Shown: positions 17,014 to 31,020, numbered from the stretch's first letter. The stretch: 64,000 nt of DNA from the human T2T-CHM13v2.0 reference genome, Homo sapiens (GCF_009914755.1 NC_060936.1), one strand, 5' to 3'. Translations and numbers: made by a program. Notes: a model not told the origin generated them from the letters alone.

Positions 17014-18460
17014 TAATTTGAGTTTTATAGCAAACATGTATTACTTCTGTTATTGAACAAAGGCAAAAAGAATTTTTTAAAAAAGAAAAATAAAAGTTGT
17101 CTTGACTAAGTCCTACCAATTCCAAATGAAATAAAAGCATATGAAAATTTCTCTTGGAAGTGTATTAGATGTGTAAATTATTTTCTCCCAGTTATTTGTG
17201 CATTTTAAAGGTGAATTTTCATTCATTCACTCATTCAATGCATATTCCCTTAAAACAGCCTATTATATGCAAAAGCACTGGCTACAAAGAGTAAAGCCTT
17301 TCACTGTGGTGAATCCATTCTTCTCATGAACAAGAAGCAGGAGAGGTATTTTTGCAGAGCTGGGAACATGAGTCTTCTTTACACCTGTCAAACCAAACCA
17401 CAGAACCATTTTGAAGATACTGTCTTGAGAAATGGGTGGGACACAAAGCTTTGTGCAGTGAATACTCTTTCTCACAAGTGAATTGTTAATGGGAATCAAA
17501 CAGGAGAGAGCTGGAGGTCATGTGCTCTGGAAGGCAAGGACCTGGGGTGAAGGTATTCATGGACAAGATGTATATTTTTTAGTTGAGCAAAAGGGTCCTT
17601 CCCACTACACAGCATGAAGTTATGCAAGGCTGATCTTCTTTTAAATAGTATGGCATACACTCCTGGCTGTCTGCCTATTCCTGTGTGTTTCAGAGGAGGA
17701 CAGACCTTTATCCAGACCTAGAGGAGAATTTTGGTTCATCTTAACCTATCATGGTATTTATTTTCCCTTTGCCTAGTATTGGTTAAGGAATGGGCAGGTA
17801 AAAATCAATTATCTGATGGTATAAGGGGGAAAATCTTCCAAGAGGCTTTTGAGAAAGTTCTTCTACTCTTAAGAAAGGACAGAAGGAAGGGATGCATTCT
17901 CTTTCCTCCATTCAATCTTTGAGAAGTGTATTAGGTAGGCATGATGCTTTAGCAGCTACAGCCATCTTGTGATGGTGAGGAAAGATAAGCAGAGGACGAG
18001 AGCAAGCAGAAAGCAGAGCTTGAATGTGGGAGGAACCTGGGGCCATGATGACATTCTTGAGCCTCTCAATTAGCCAAACTTGGAATCCTCCTATGACCAG
18101 ACTTTTTGTTATGTAGGCCTTTAGAGTTAGGTTTCTAGAACTTGGTAGAAATAGTGAGGTGGTTATTTATCTTGTAATTCTCTGAATTGGTAATTCATTT
18201 ATTTCCTTCTTTCCTTTTCATTTCCTTTCCTTTCACTTTCCTTCCTTCCTTCTTTTGTTTCTTCCTTCCTTTTTCTTCTTTCTTCTTTCTTTACATCCTT
18301 CTTTCTTTTCTCCTCTCTTTTTGTAAATGCACATTTGCTGACTCCCTTATGAGACATATTTCCATAGGGCAGTGTTCTCTCAAAGTGGATCCAAGACCCT
18401 TCTGACCCTTCTGCATCACAATTACATAGGGCATTTACTTAAAGGCCACAACAGCAATAG

Positions 18461-18787
<327 letters not shown>

Positions 18788-19568
18788 TAGTTTTTGTTTT
18801 TTAAAGAAATAGTTACTATAAGGGAAGGAAAATACATGGTAAGTGGGACAGGAATGGGATATGAAATCCTTAATATACTTTGTTTCATAGATGTTTTGTG
18901 TGTATATTTGACTTTGAAAACATGTAAATAAGTTACATTTAAAAAAAATTCTTTTCATTTTTTAAAAAGTTAAATGAATCAACTTCCAATTTTAGGCCTT
19001 GAGATCAGAAGTTGTTACTCCCATTCTAGACAAACTGAAAAGCAATGACTTTTTTGGATCCACTAGAGAACTGAGGTTGCCAGGCAAGTGCCACCCCAGA
19101 ATATAGCGTAACTGAAGGATCCAAAGAGTCACAGCCAAGATCTACTATCTGGAGCAGAAATCACTGGAGCCATGAACTAATACGACGTTTAAATGGTCAT
19201 TTTCTTGAATTGTTGAAGGTTAAGTGTGGATTAGCATAATAGGAAGACGTTCCTGGGGACCTCAGTCTTAAGGGCACCCTCAAAATTTCATGGGCTTTAC
19301 CTCTAGCAACCCAGGCTGTCATGGTAAAGATCTAAGAAAGATCCCTTCGTGGCTCTATCACGGAGAGGAAAGGACTAATAATTGTGAAATATGTTCAGAG
19401 CTTTTTCTGTAATAAAGGCCTATTCTCCAGAGTAAAAATCTTCATCAGAAGCTTGTCCCAGAGCCTTTAGGGAAGAGTGTCCCATTCCAGCCCCCTCTAG
19501 CCTCCCGGTCTCACCTAAGGGAAGGGGGAAAAGAGAAGCTATAGAAAACTTGGGAAAATTATAGTTCA

Positions 19569-19876
19569 GGCTGGGTGTGGTGGCTCACACCTTGGGAGGC
19601 CGAGGTGAGTGGATCACTTGAGGTCAGGAGTTCAAGACCAACCTGGCCAACATGGTGAAATCTTGTTTCTACTACTACAAAAAAAAAAAAAAGTTAGCTG
19701 AGTGTGGTGGTCCATGGCCATAGTTCCAGCTACTCAGGAGGCTGAGGTAGGAGAATTGCTTGAACTCAGGAGGCAGAGATTGCAGTGAGCCAAGATTGTG
19801 CCACTGTGCTCCAGCCTGGGCAACAGAGTAAGACTCCCATCTCAAAACAAAAAACAAAACAAAACAAACAAAAAAA
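19569..19876 (+). mobile_element. Alu
   Basis: Alu consensus. Confidence 0.92.
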
Positions 19877-20219
19877 CCAGTTCAGAGACACAGGCCCACT
19901 AAAAGGTTTAATTAGAATATTATAGAAGGCTCCCCTCCCTCACACCTTACAACAACACCAACAGGATTCCAGTATAATAATAGGTTACAGATGACATCTT
20001 ACAGCTGGAAGACTCAGACTATATCTTAGGAAGAGGAATACTTTAGGGAAGCCTGACGTCAAGAGGGAAGATAAAAACAAGGACACTGAAGGAGTTTGAA
20101 GCCTCTGATACCTGACTACCTCTGACATCTCTGACACTAGACTACAGCAAACATTAAACAAAGTCTACCTCCTATTCCAATTAATGTAGATCTTCACACT
20201 AATGGCTCGGTTCCTGTTA

Positions 20220-20605
<386 letters not shown>

Positions 20606-21503
20606 CTAGAACCAGACTCAGGTATGACACAGATGTTGGAATTGTCAGACAGGGAAATTAAAATAACGGTAATTAATATGTTAAGATCTCTAGTGGAAAA
20701 AGTAAGCAACATGCAAAAGCAGATGGACAATTTAAGCAGAGAGATGGAAGTTCTAAGAAAAGATCTAAAGGAAATACTAGAAATCACAAACACTGTTAAC
20801 AGAAATGAAGAATATTTTTGATGAATTCTTTCATAGACTTGACATAGCTGAAGAAAGAAATTAGCATGCCTGAAGATAAGTCAATAGAAACTTCCCAAAC
20901 AGAAATGCAAAGACAATGGGAAAAAAAAAAAACAGAAGAGAATATTTAAGAACTGTGGGACAGTTTTCAAAATAAGTAACATACATATAATTAGGATATC
21001 AGGAGGAGAAGAAAAAAACAGAGCAAAATATATATTTGAAGTAATAATGATAAAGAACTTTCTAAAATTAATGACAGACACCAAATCACAGATCCAGGAA
21101 GCTCAGATAACACCAAGCAGAATAAATACAAAAACAAAAACAAAAAAACACTCCACTTAGGCATATCACATTTAAAATGCAAAAACAAAAAACAAAGAGA
21201 AAATTGGAAAAAAAAAAAAAAAGAAAACACCTTACCCATAAAGGACCAAGAATAAGAATTACAATAAACTTATCAGAAACCATGCAAATAAGAAGAGAAT
21301 GGAGTGATATATTTAGTGTTATGAGGAAAAAAAAACACCAACCCAAAATTCCATATCCTGCAAAAATTATTCTTCAAAAGTGAAGAAATATAGACATTCT
21401 TTAACAAAAACTGAAGGAATTCATTGTCATCAGACCTTCCTTACAATAAATGTTACAAGAAGTTCTTCAAAGAGAGAGAGAGTGATGTCAGAAACTCAGA
21501 TCT

Positions 21504-21880
21504 AGCCAGGCACTGTGGCTCACACCTATAATCTCAGCTACTTGGGGGGCTGAGACCAGGAGTGCAAGACTGCAGTGAGCTGTAATTATGCCACTATACT
21601 CTGGCCTGGGTGACAAAGTGAGACCCCATATCTAGTATTTAAAAAAAAGAAGCCTGGCCAACATGGTGAAACCCGCATCTCTACCATAAAATACAAAAAC
21701 TAGCCAGGCATGATGGCACATGCCTGTAATCCCAGCTACTTGGGTGGCTGAGGCCGAGAATTGCTTGAACCCAGGAGATGGAGGTTGCAGTGAGCCAAGA
21801 TCACACCACTGCACTCCAGCCTGGGTGACAGAGTGAGACCCTGTCTCAAAAAAACAAAACCAAAAGAAAACAAAACAAAA
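21504..21880 (+). mobile_element. Alu monomer followed by a 5'-truncated Alu
   Basis: Alu motifs; flanked by gaaactcagatcta-like direct repeats. Confidence 0.85.
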
Positions 21881-22466
21881 GCGAAAACTCAGATCTATGT
21901 AAAGAAAATAAGAGCATTGGGGAAAGTTTAAATGTAAAATAAAATCTTTCATTTCTCTTACTTGATCTAAAAGATTACTGCAGTTTAAGGGAATAATATT
22001 AACAATATAATGGGTGTTTATAGCATATAGATAAGTACATAAATGACAACAATGTCATAAGGGACAGGAGAGAAGAACTGGGAATGTTCTGCTATAAAGT
22101 GCCTGTGCTACAGGTGAATAATGCTATTTGAGCGTGAACTTACATTAGTTAGAAAAGTATGTTGAAAACTCTAGAGCAATCAATAACATTTTTTAAACCA
22201 AGTATAACGCACTGAGAGAGAAGAGAAAATGCACAATTAAAACCAAACAAGGTAATAAAAGAAGTCTCTGACAATGCATAGAAAACAGTTACAAACATAG
22301 TTGACATTCCCAGAAATATATTAATAATTGCTTTAAATATGAATGTCTAAATATAACAAAAGATTATCAAAGTAGATTTTAAAAAACTAGATTCAATATA
22401 TGTTGTCTACAGAAACACATTTTTAATATAAAGACTGACAGATTACAAGTAATGGGGATAGAGATA

Positions 22467-22704
<238 letters not shown>

Positions 22705-24625
22705 TCAGAACAAGAGAAATTATCAGGAACAAAGAAGGGCACTAAATAATAATGAAAGGATCCGTTTTCCAAGAAGGTATAACAAATGAATAAAGCTGAT
22801 AATTTATCCAGATTTTTTTCCCCAAGGGATTTTGAAACAATTATTTGACTGTATAGCTTGTGCAAAATATACTCTAATGACAACGAGCACTGTAATAAAA
22901 TGACCTTAAACTGTTTTCCATAATCATATTGTTAGTAATAATACAGTATTGTAATTTTGAAACTATTATACACACACGCAACTATAAAGAACACTGTCCT
23001 ATCTTTCAGTACTCATAGCCAAGTGCAAGAGACAGACATAAAAGCTAATAATCATGGCAATACGATAAATAATATAATAGAGATATGAACAAGATTCGAG
23101 GATAATAGCCAGGAGGAAATACTGAATTTTTTGTGATAAGGCCAGGCAAAGCTTCCCGGAAGAAGTAACAATTGCACTATATATGAATTTCTAGTACAAA
23201 GTGAGAACAGCAATCCAGGCCAAGATAATTTACAAAGACAAAGGCATGGCTTGGTTGGAAAGCTACCAAATTGCTTTGACAGGATTGGGGAACATTGTAT
23301 GCCCAGAAAAGAAGGCTAGAAATATAGAGAAGTGAGCCACAAAAGTAGACAAAAAGGGCCTTGTGTGCCAATATAAAGAGCTTAGACTTGAACCTGTGAA
23401 TGATGATACACCGTGTACAATTAAAATCGGGTAAGGGACGTAATCAGATTTGCCTTAAAGAAATATTACTAAACAGTGGTATAGAGGCTGGAGGGTGTTT
23501 TAAAAGAGAGGGAGACTAGAGGCACAGAATCCACCATTTTAAAAGCTTACCATATGCTCTAAATACCATTTCCCACTGAAAGGAACCGGGATTCCTTGGA
23601 GAAATAGCTGATTCCACGTCTAAGGAAAAAAATAAAATAAAAGATGAGCCTGGGTCATCTTGTCATGCCAGAGAGCAAGGAAGCCATCAAAAGCCACAAG
23701 GGTCATGTCAAAAGGCTTGGGGGCCAATTGAAAGGTAGGACAATTTTAGTGTAAAAAGAGTAATTTAATGGATTAAGCATCTCAAATTTGTTAAATTCTT
23801 TAAGATCATAATACTACTACAACAAAATATCCAATGAGGGCCACCTTTGGAAGAATTTAGGAAACAAAATTATTATTGTAAAACCTGGTAAGTAAAGGGG
23901 GAAATCAAGTATTTATCCTGCCTTTGTTATATTAACTCTATCTCAAGGCAACAAAATACTGGATGGAAATAATTTTTATAGAGAATTCCAGCTATACATG
24001 CAGATGGGATGATAAAATCAAATACTGCTGTTTTGCAGGCCCCAAGAAAAAATAATGGATCTAAGTAATGGTCATCAATGGTTGTTAAAACCACTAGGTG
24101 AACAACTGATGAGGAAATTTATAAAAATGGATCAGGTTGGTAACACCTGAACCCATTGATCTTCTTAACACATAGAGACATGTGAATCCCAATGTTATGT
24201 AACAGAAAGTACACACCACCACCCATGTGCTACTCTTGCCAGAACCTTGAATCTGAACCTGATCAAGTCTCTAGACACAGTTACCAATATACAGACACTA
24301 CAGGGGACAAAGGAGCATGTGAAACAACCCAGCAGTGATGCAATTAGCAGATTGCAGAATGTTGGGCACGCAACAGGACAAATGATTTTGTCACTAAATA
24401 AGAAGGAATAAAACAAGGACAGGAAACCTCCATATTTAAAGAGACCTGAGAGATATAGCGAACAAATGCATTGCATGGATTTGGCTTGGATCTTAATGCA
24501 AACCAACTTAAATTATCAGATAGGCAAATTTTGACAGCAAGTAGTTGATGGTTATGGAATTATTATTGATGTTTTAGGTGTGATAATGATATGGTTGTGT
24601 TTTTTTAAAAAAAATCCTTGTATTT

Positions 24626-24756
24626 TATAGATACATGCTGAGAGTGTTTATGGATGAAGTATATGATACCAGTATAGATACATGCTGAGAGTGTTTATGG
24701 ATGAAGTATATGATGTCAGTATAGATACATGCTGAGAGTGTTTATGGATAAAGTAT
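24626..24756. repeat. 47-bp tandem repeat, ~2.8 copies
   Basis: tatagatacatgctgagagtgtttatggat starts at 24626, 24673 and 24720. Confidence 0.95.
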
Positions 24757-26065
24757 TTGTGTTGAAATAAACCTGTCAGAGGTGAAGGGCCGGGGAGGGT
24801 AATAGGGTAGATTTACAGATGAATCGGTATTGATCCCATGTTGATAATAATTGCCTTATGGTTACTTTCTTATGGGGGTTCTCTGTATTACTGCCTCTTA
24901 TTTTATATTTATTTGAATTGTTTTATAATAAAACTTTCTTGAAGTACATATTGCTGGGCCCACTGCAGACCTTCTTAATCAGAATCTCGGGGGACAAGAC
25001 TCACTAGTGTATTTCAATATAAAGTCCTCCAGCTGATTCTGCAACACACTAAGTTTAAGGAACGGTGTTCTATGGATAACAATCCCCTCCCATTTATATC
25101 TCTAGTTCTAGCCTTTCCACTGAACCCTAAACTTATATATCAAAATGCCGATTTGACATCTGCAGTGGATGCCCAAGAGGCATCTCAAACCATACGTGGC
25201 TGAGAAGAGGTATTGGTTTTGCCCCAAACCTGTTTGACCTCAGACTCCTCCGTCTTAGTAAATAGGACCACAATTTACCCTGTTGTTAGAGTTAAAAACA
25301 CAAGGGTTTCTTCATTCTTATTCTCATTCCCTACCTCTATCCATCAGCAAGTCTTGTTTTACTTCCAACATATACCCCAAACCTGTCCGTTTCTCCTATC
25401 TTCATATCTACCCTCTTTTTAAAAGTCACCATACAATTTGCCTGGACCCCAGCCCCAACCCTAACCCCTACTCCTATCCCTAACTCTTACCCTAACCCTG
25501 TTACTACTGCAACAAGGCTGCATCACAAACCACCCAAGGACAGAGTGGCTTACAATAACAAGCATATATCACAGGTCTGCTGGTTGGCTAGGCAGTCCTG
25601 CCTCAGGCTGCAGTCACAGTGCACTGTGGAAACAAAGGTTCATGTAGGTTGGGCAACCTGGAGGCCTGGCTTCCAGTGGCTCTGGGGATGAGCTCAGATC
25701 TGAAGCACATGCTATAGTTCCAAGGGTTTCTTCCAGAAAGGCTGGCTTAAGCTGACATGGATGCTGAGAGAAGCCAGCTAGGGTTCTTCCATGGGCTTAC
25801 TCTTTAAGGCGATTCACAGTGGTGAAGCCATCTCCAGAGAGATGTTCCTCACTAGCACCTCTATAGCTCCCCTTATGTCTGCAGATTGCCTAGGTTCAGA
25901 TCTTGACCCTGTTGTTACTTGTGTGACCTTAAGTAAGTTACCTAACCTCTTTGTGCCTCATGTAAGTGGGTATAATAAAAGTACCTCACAGGATTTTTGT
26001 GACAATTAAGCCTTAGAACTGTGCCTGATTCTTAGTAAATGCTTAATAAGCATTAGCTATTATTA

Positions 26066-26159
26066 GTAATAGTCTTACCATCTTAAAGGAGAAGACATTA
26101 ATACATCAAAACCCTACTTATAGACTTGTCTTTCCCCTTTAAGATGGTAAGACTATTAC
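26066..26159. repeat. Inverted repeat with 24-bp perfect arms
   Basis: GTAATAGTCTTACCATCTTAAAGG (26066-26089) / CCTTTAAGATGGTAAGACTATTAC (26136-26159). Confidence 0.95.
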
Positions 26160-29100
26160 CAACAACTTTCAGTGGCTTATAACAACGAACATTTATTTCT
26201 TGCTCACAGTTCTGTGGGTCCCTGGGAAAAAGGGGAGCTCTTCAAACTGCCTGGCAGGTCCTGGTTGGCTCCATGTGTCTCTTGTTCTAGGACCAGTGAC
26301 TACGTGGGGTTTGCTCAAGGCAAGTCAGGAGTCCAAGAGTACTAGCCAAACTACCCCCAGGACATGTAAGGCCTCTGGTTTCATTTAACATATGTTGTCC
26401 ACTCACATTCTGTTGGCGAAAGCAAGCCAATAGCCAAACCCCAAATCAGCGGGAGGGAAAGCCAGAGTAGGCCAGAGAGGGAAGAGAGAATTATGAATAA
26501 GTAATACCATCTACCACATCAGACAAATAAATAATTACAATGAAGTGAGTGCTGGGTTTGGAAAGTACAGGGACTGTTGAGATTACAGCAGTGGAGGCAG
26601 AGCACACCCCGTGATCTAAAAGGGATCCGCCCTGCACCTTCCTCTTTCATGCTGCTCGTTCATCCATTCCAGGGGATTCAGCAGCCACCCAGGTCTGCAC
26701 AAGCAGTGCCAACTCCACACCTTTGTGGGTCTGCCTGGCTGTCATTGCCACTGGGCTACTGGGAAGTTTTAAGGGCCCTTCAAACCCTTCTCTCTTGCTG
26801 CCAAGTCTTCCCTCCTCATGTCACATCCTGGTACCAATAGCTACTCATTGCTCAAGTCAGAAACCTGGGAATCCCTTCTCCCTCCCCATCCCTGGCCACA
26901 ACTAATCAACATCAAGGCTGGGAATACAGCTTCCTTGGTATCTCCTGAACCCTGCCCCAACTGCCATGTACCTGTGTCAGGTCATCCTGATCCCTCCCTC
27001 CCACCCCCTCCTGCAACCAACCCCCATCTGGCCACCACACAGTTTGAGATCTCTTCACATTTTGTGATCTCTTCAAAATGTAGATTTAGTCCTATATGCA
27101 CCAAACCCTTCCAGGGTACATTTCTTGGCATGGCCCTAGCTTACCTCCCCATGAAATGGCCTGTTAATCCTCTCTTCCTCTCTTGGGTTCCGTGTGCAGC
27201 CAGGCCAGGCTCCAGTCCCAAACACACTCCACAGGTTCTCCTCTTCGCCTGTGCCTCTGTCTGTAACACCCTCAACCCCCTTGTCTGGCTAATTCAGCTC
27301 CTGGGTCACCACTTCCTCCAGGAGGCCTGCCTTGACACCAGCCTCCCAGGATCAGTCACATTGCCCTCTCTTTGCTCTCACAGCACCCACAATTTCCCCA
27401 TCACCCCCTCCCTGCCCCTGTGCTATGTTCTATTGAGATTTCAAGCCTCTGCAGGATAGGAATTGGATAATTCATTACTGTGTCCACAGTGTCTGTCAAG
27501 GGCAAGAGAGCCACACAGAACCCCAGTAGTTCTCCTAAAAGTGGAGACGACAATAATATGTATTAGTTGTGTTGTGAGGATGAAATGAACTAATGCATGG
27601 AAGACGCCTGAACCCGTGGAAACACATAATGAATACATTAATAGTAAATGGTAGCTATTACTATTTATGATGTTGACAGCATTAAATCTAAGCAAACATT
27701 TTATTGAAGTATGAAATACATTCCAAAAAATGCGCAAAATCACAAGTGTCACAGTCAGTGAATTGTCACAAATGACACCCTTGTGACTAGCCCCTGGATA
27801 CCATTACTTTTAAGCTCAAATGTCAGCTTCTCAGAGAGGCCCTCCCTTGACTTCGTCTCCCACCTCTTAATTCTATGTTGTATATATTATCTGTTTCCCC
27901 TCACTCCCATGTAAGCTTCAGGAGAGCAAGATTTTTTTTTTTTTTTTTGGTCTATTTTGTTCACTGATGTAGCCTCCGCTTCCTAGAATAGTTCTGGACA
28001 CATAGTAGATGCACAATAAAAATTTGCCAAGGAACGAATGAGCGATTATTATTTTCATTTCTTTAAGCTCCCAGGCGCTGCAGCATGGTCATGCCCGAGA
28101 ACTCGTGCCATCCCAGGTGAAGCAGCGCTGGGCCGGGACCAGCCGCACCTGGCCCGGCTCTGAGCTGTGCTGGGCTGGCTCCGGGTTCTTCCGCCTCACT
28201 CCTGGCCTGTGAGCCCGGCTCACCTCACCCTACCCACCTCCACTCTGCGTGCAAAAATTATAATAATAATAGCAACAATAATAGTCTCATCCGCCCTGGA
28301 GACCACCCGTGCCCCCGTGGCATCCCTCAAGGACTCTCCGGGCGGTGGCAGCCGCCCACCCTGGGGACGCGCTCCTTGCTGCCACCGGAACGCCCCTGGC
28401 CAGGCTCCATCTACGCGCTGTCAGACCCTCCCGCCGTCTGAAGAAGGCTTTTACTCTTCAGCCTATTCCAGTGGCAGAGAAGCTAAGGCTACAAAGGCGA
28501 ACGCGAACAGTCAGATCTGACTTCGAATTCCGCTGTCATTGCTGCCAGGCGCACCACGAGGACGCGCGGTGACCGCCACCATGGCATTCGGCTGCCAAAG
28601 GTTTCCATCGACCTCTTTCCCATCACCAGCATCGCAGCGGGAAAGAATGTGCCTGGCGCCCTTCTGGGCACTGGGCATGGGGTGGTGAACAAAGTCCTCC
28701 AGAAATAAACCGGGTAATGAGCCCGGCAGCGGCCGGGGCAGGAAGGGACCTTCGCAGAGAGTGGTCAGGCACAGCCCCTCCGAGGAGGCGACGCTCAGCT
28801 GAGACCAGGGTGACGCAAAGGTGTCGGCCGGTTAGGCACCTGTGAGGAAGGAGGAGCCGGCAGAGTGCCAAGTAGAGGGAACAGCAAATGCCCGGCTCCT
28901 TTTATAACCACTGCTTCAGTTATCTTCCCCCAAAGCTTGAGAGGGGGCAACTTTGCTACATTTCACAGACGAGGAAGCTGAGGCCCAGAACGATGAAGGA
29001 ATTTACAGAGCTGGGATTCGAACCCCGCGCTACCGTCAGTCCATCCCGGGCTCTGTCCAGCCGGTACCGCGCGCCGCCTTCTTCCTCCCGCACCGTGACC

Positions 29101-29639
29101 TTAACTCGGCACGTGCTGGCCCCTCGGGCTCCCCAGTCTCCGTACATTGTCCCACTCAGCTCTGATTGTGGGGAGGGGGCGGACCGAGGGGGCGGGGGGC
29201 GTCTTTCCGAAGGATCGCGGAAAGCCGCGCGCAGCCAGGGGCCCGGGGTTAGAGACCCCCACTCCCACACGGCGTTAGGGACTCCGCGCTTCCCCGCCCC
29301 CGCCGCGGCCCGCCGGCTCTGCCTCTGTCCATGGTCAAAGCACCCGGGGTAATCCGCCTTTCTCTTCCGCCCGCCGGGCCCCATTCATATTCTAATCACA
29401 GCGCGGCCGACCCGCGAACGGCCACTTTATCGGGGCCCGCAGGAGACGCAGCTTGCTCCCCCTCACTTCCACTTCCAGCACCCCCCGGCCCTCGCCCCCC
29501 TCTTTCTGCACTTTCAACTCCGCCGAGGAGGGGGTCCCTGGGAAAACCGCGTCCCCACTTGGATGCCGGGGCTTCTCACAAACTTCGAGGCCGACTGGGG
29601 GACGGCGGTGGGGTGGGGAGGGCAGGGGGAGGGCGGAGG

Positions 29640-29945
29640 AACAGAGACAGACAGACTGACAGAGTTACGGGAAGAGGCGGGGGAGGGGGGACAGTACAGA
29701 GAGACCGAGGGGGATAGAGACAGAGAGGGGCAGAGTCCTAGGGGGAGACAAAGAGAAGTGGAGGCAGGGTCTGGACAGAGACACTAGCAGCCAAGGAAGG
29801 AGAAATGGACAGAGACAGAGACACAGAGGACGAGAGGGACAGAGAGCTAGAAACAGACACCGGGAGACAGGCGGAGAGAGACAGCGAGATGGAAGGAGAG
29901 AAACAGGATGAAGGACCCAGGCCCAGAGGAAGACAGAAAGTTCTG
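29640..29945. repeat. GA-rich low-complexity tract
   Basis: Degenerate (GAGACA/GAGA)n purine strand. Confidence 0.85.
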
Positions 29946-30344
29946 GAGGAGGCGAACCAGCCACTCACCTCCTCCCCGCCTAGCGGCCTTGTTACGCTCA
30001 TATTGGGGCATGGGGTCTTAGGGATTCAGTTCCCCTTCCCCACCCTTTCCCCTTCAAGCTCGCTTCACTCCCCACGCGTGTCTGCGGATCCGCGTGCAAG
30101 GGGTCAAGACATACCCCCTCCCGCATTCTCAGGGCCACCACCCGAAATCTAACCCAGGACCAAAATGGGGGGTGGGTGGGGGCGCAAGAGAAGGAAGGGA
30201 GTGGGGCCCCACTCGTGGTAGCGCAGGCGACTCCCCAGGCTCCAGGAGTTCCCCGCGGCTCCCCCCCCGCCCGCGCCCCCCTCCCGGCCTGCCAGCACGG
30301 CGCGGGGCCCGATGGTGGGGAAGGGCCGGGAGGGGGAGGGGGCC

Positions 30345-30660
30345 ACATCTAAGCCAATTTTGATTTCGCCTATAATGAGTGCCGGGCGAAGGCTGGAGAA
30401 GGCCTCTGGAACTTTAAATAAGAAAAACGTTGCTAATGCTATAATAGAAGGGGGAAGTCGGAGGGCTGGGATTGCGTCGCTCTGAGCCCCCCTTTTCGGA
30501 GGCGGCTTTTCTTATTCAAAACAGGCCCACAATGGGCTTCACAGTGCGCCTCGCCACGGCCCCATCTGACGAGCGGCCATTCATCAGGCCGGCTGGCCTA
30601 TCAATGACATTGCTCCCATCGGGGCTCCTATAAAATGATGCTTTTTCCCATGAAACATCC
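30345..30660 (+). promoter_or_regulatory. RFX4 proximal promoter; probably overlaps ultraconserved element uc.346
   Basis: Complex AT-richer block inside the island with CCAAT (~30354), SOX-like ACAATGG (30529-30535) and TATAAAA (30629-30635). The uc.346 location upstream of RFX4 is from memory; boundaries are not verifiable here. Confidence 0.65.
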
Positions 30661-30716
30661 GCAAACATTTTGACGGGTTTGGCTTTGCCCGGCTGGATTA
30701 CTGAGTGTCCCCTTGC

Positions 30717-30903
30717 TCGCTCGCTTTTTCTCTCTCCCCCTTCTCCGAGCTCGCTCCCTTCTCTCCCTCTCTCTCCTCTTTTCTTCTTTCTCTTTTCTTT
30801 CCTCTTCTTTTTCTTTTCTTTTCCTTTCCTCCTTTATCCTTGTGCCCCCTCACTTTCTGCGTCTCTCTCTCTCCCCTTCTCCCTCCCTCCCTCCCTTCCT
30901 CCC
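30717..30903 (+). repeat. CT-rich polypyrimidine tract in the RFX4 5' UTR
   Basis: ~190 nt of almost pure C/T between the inferred TSS and the ATG. Confidence 0.85.
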
Positions 30904-30977
30904 TGGGCATCTCTAGCACAGGGGATCCCCAAACATCAGGACTTTTGGGGGGCGCCTGTGCTGTCCATGGGAAGAGC

Positions 30978-31020
30978 ATGCATTGTGGGTTACTGGAGGA
31001 ACCCGACATGGATTCCACAG
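30978..31020 (+). CDS. RFX4: RFX4 coding exon 1 (brain-type isoform): MHCGLLEEPDMDST + G of split Glu codon
   Basis: ATG at 30978, 43 nt to donor CAG|gttagt (phase 1); the peptide matches the recognised RFX4 N-terminus and joins exon 2 as G+AG=Glu. Confidence 0.96.

Noticed and set aside
24626-24756. CRISPR-like repeated units
   Set aside because: Head-to-tail tandem repeat without unique spacers, in eukaryotic DNA.
26818-27459. 213-aa ORF
   Set aside because: Lies in pyrimidine-rich L2-like sequence; no recognisable product or splice structure.
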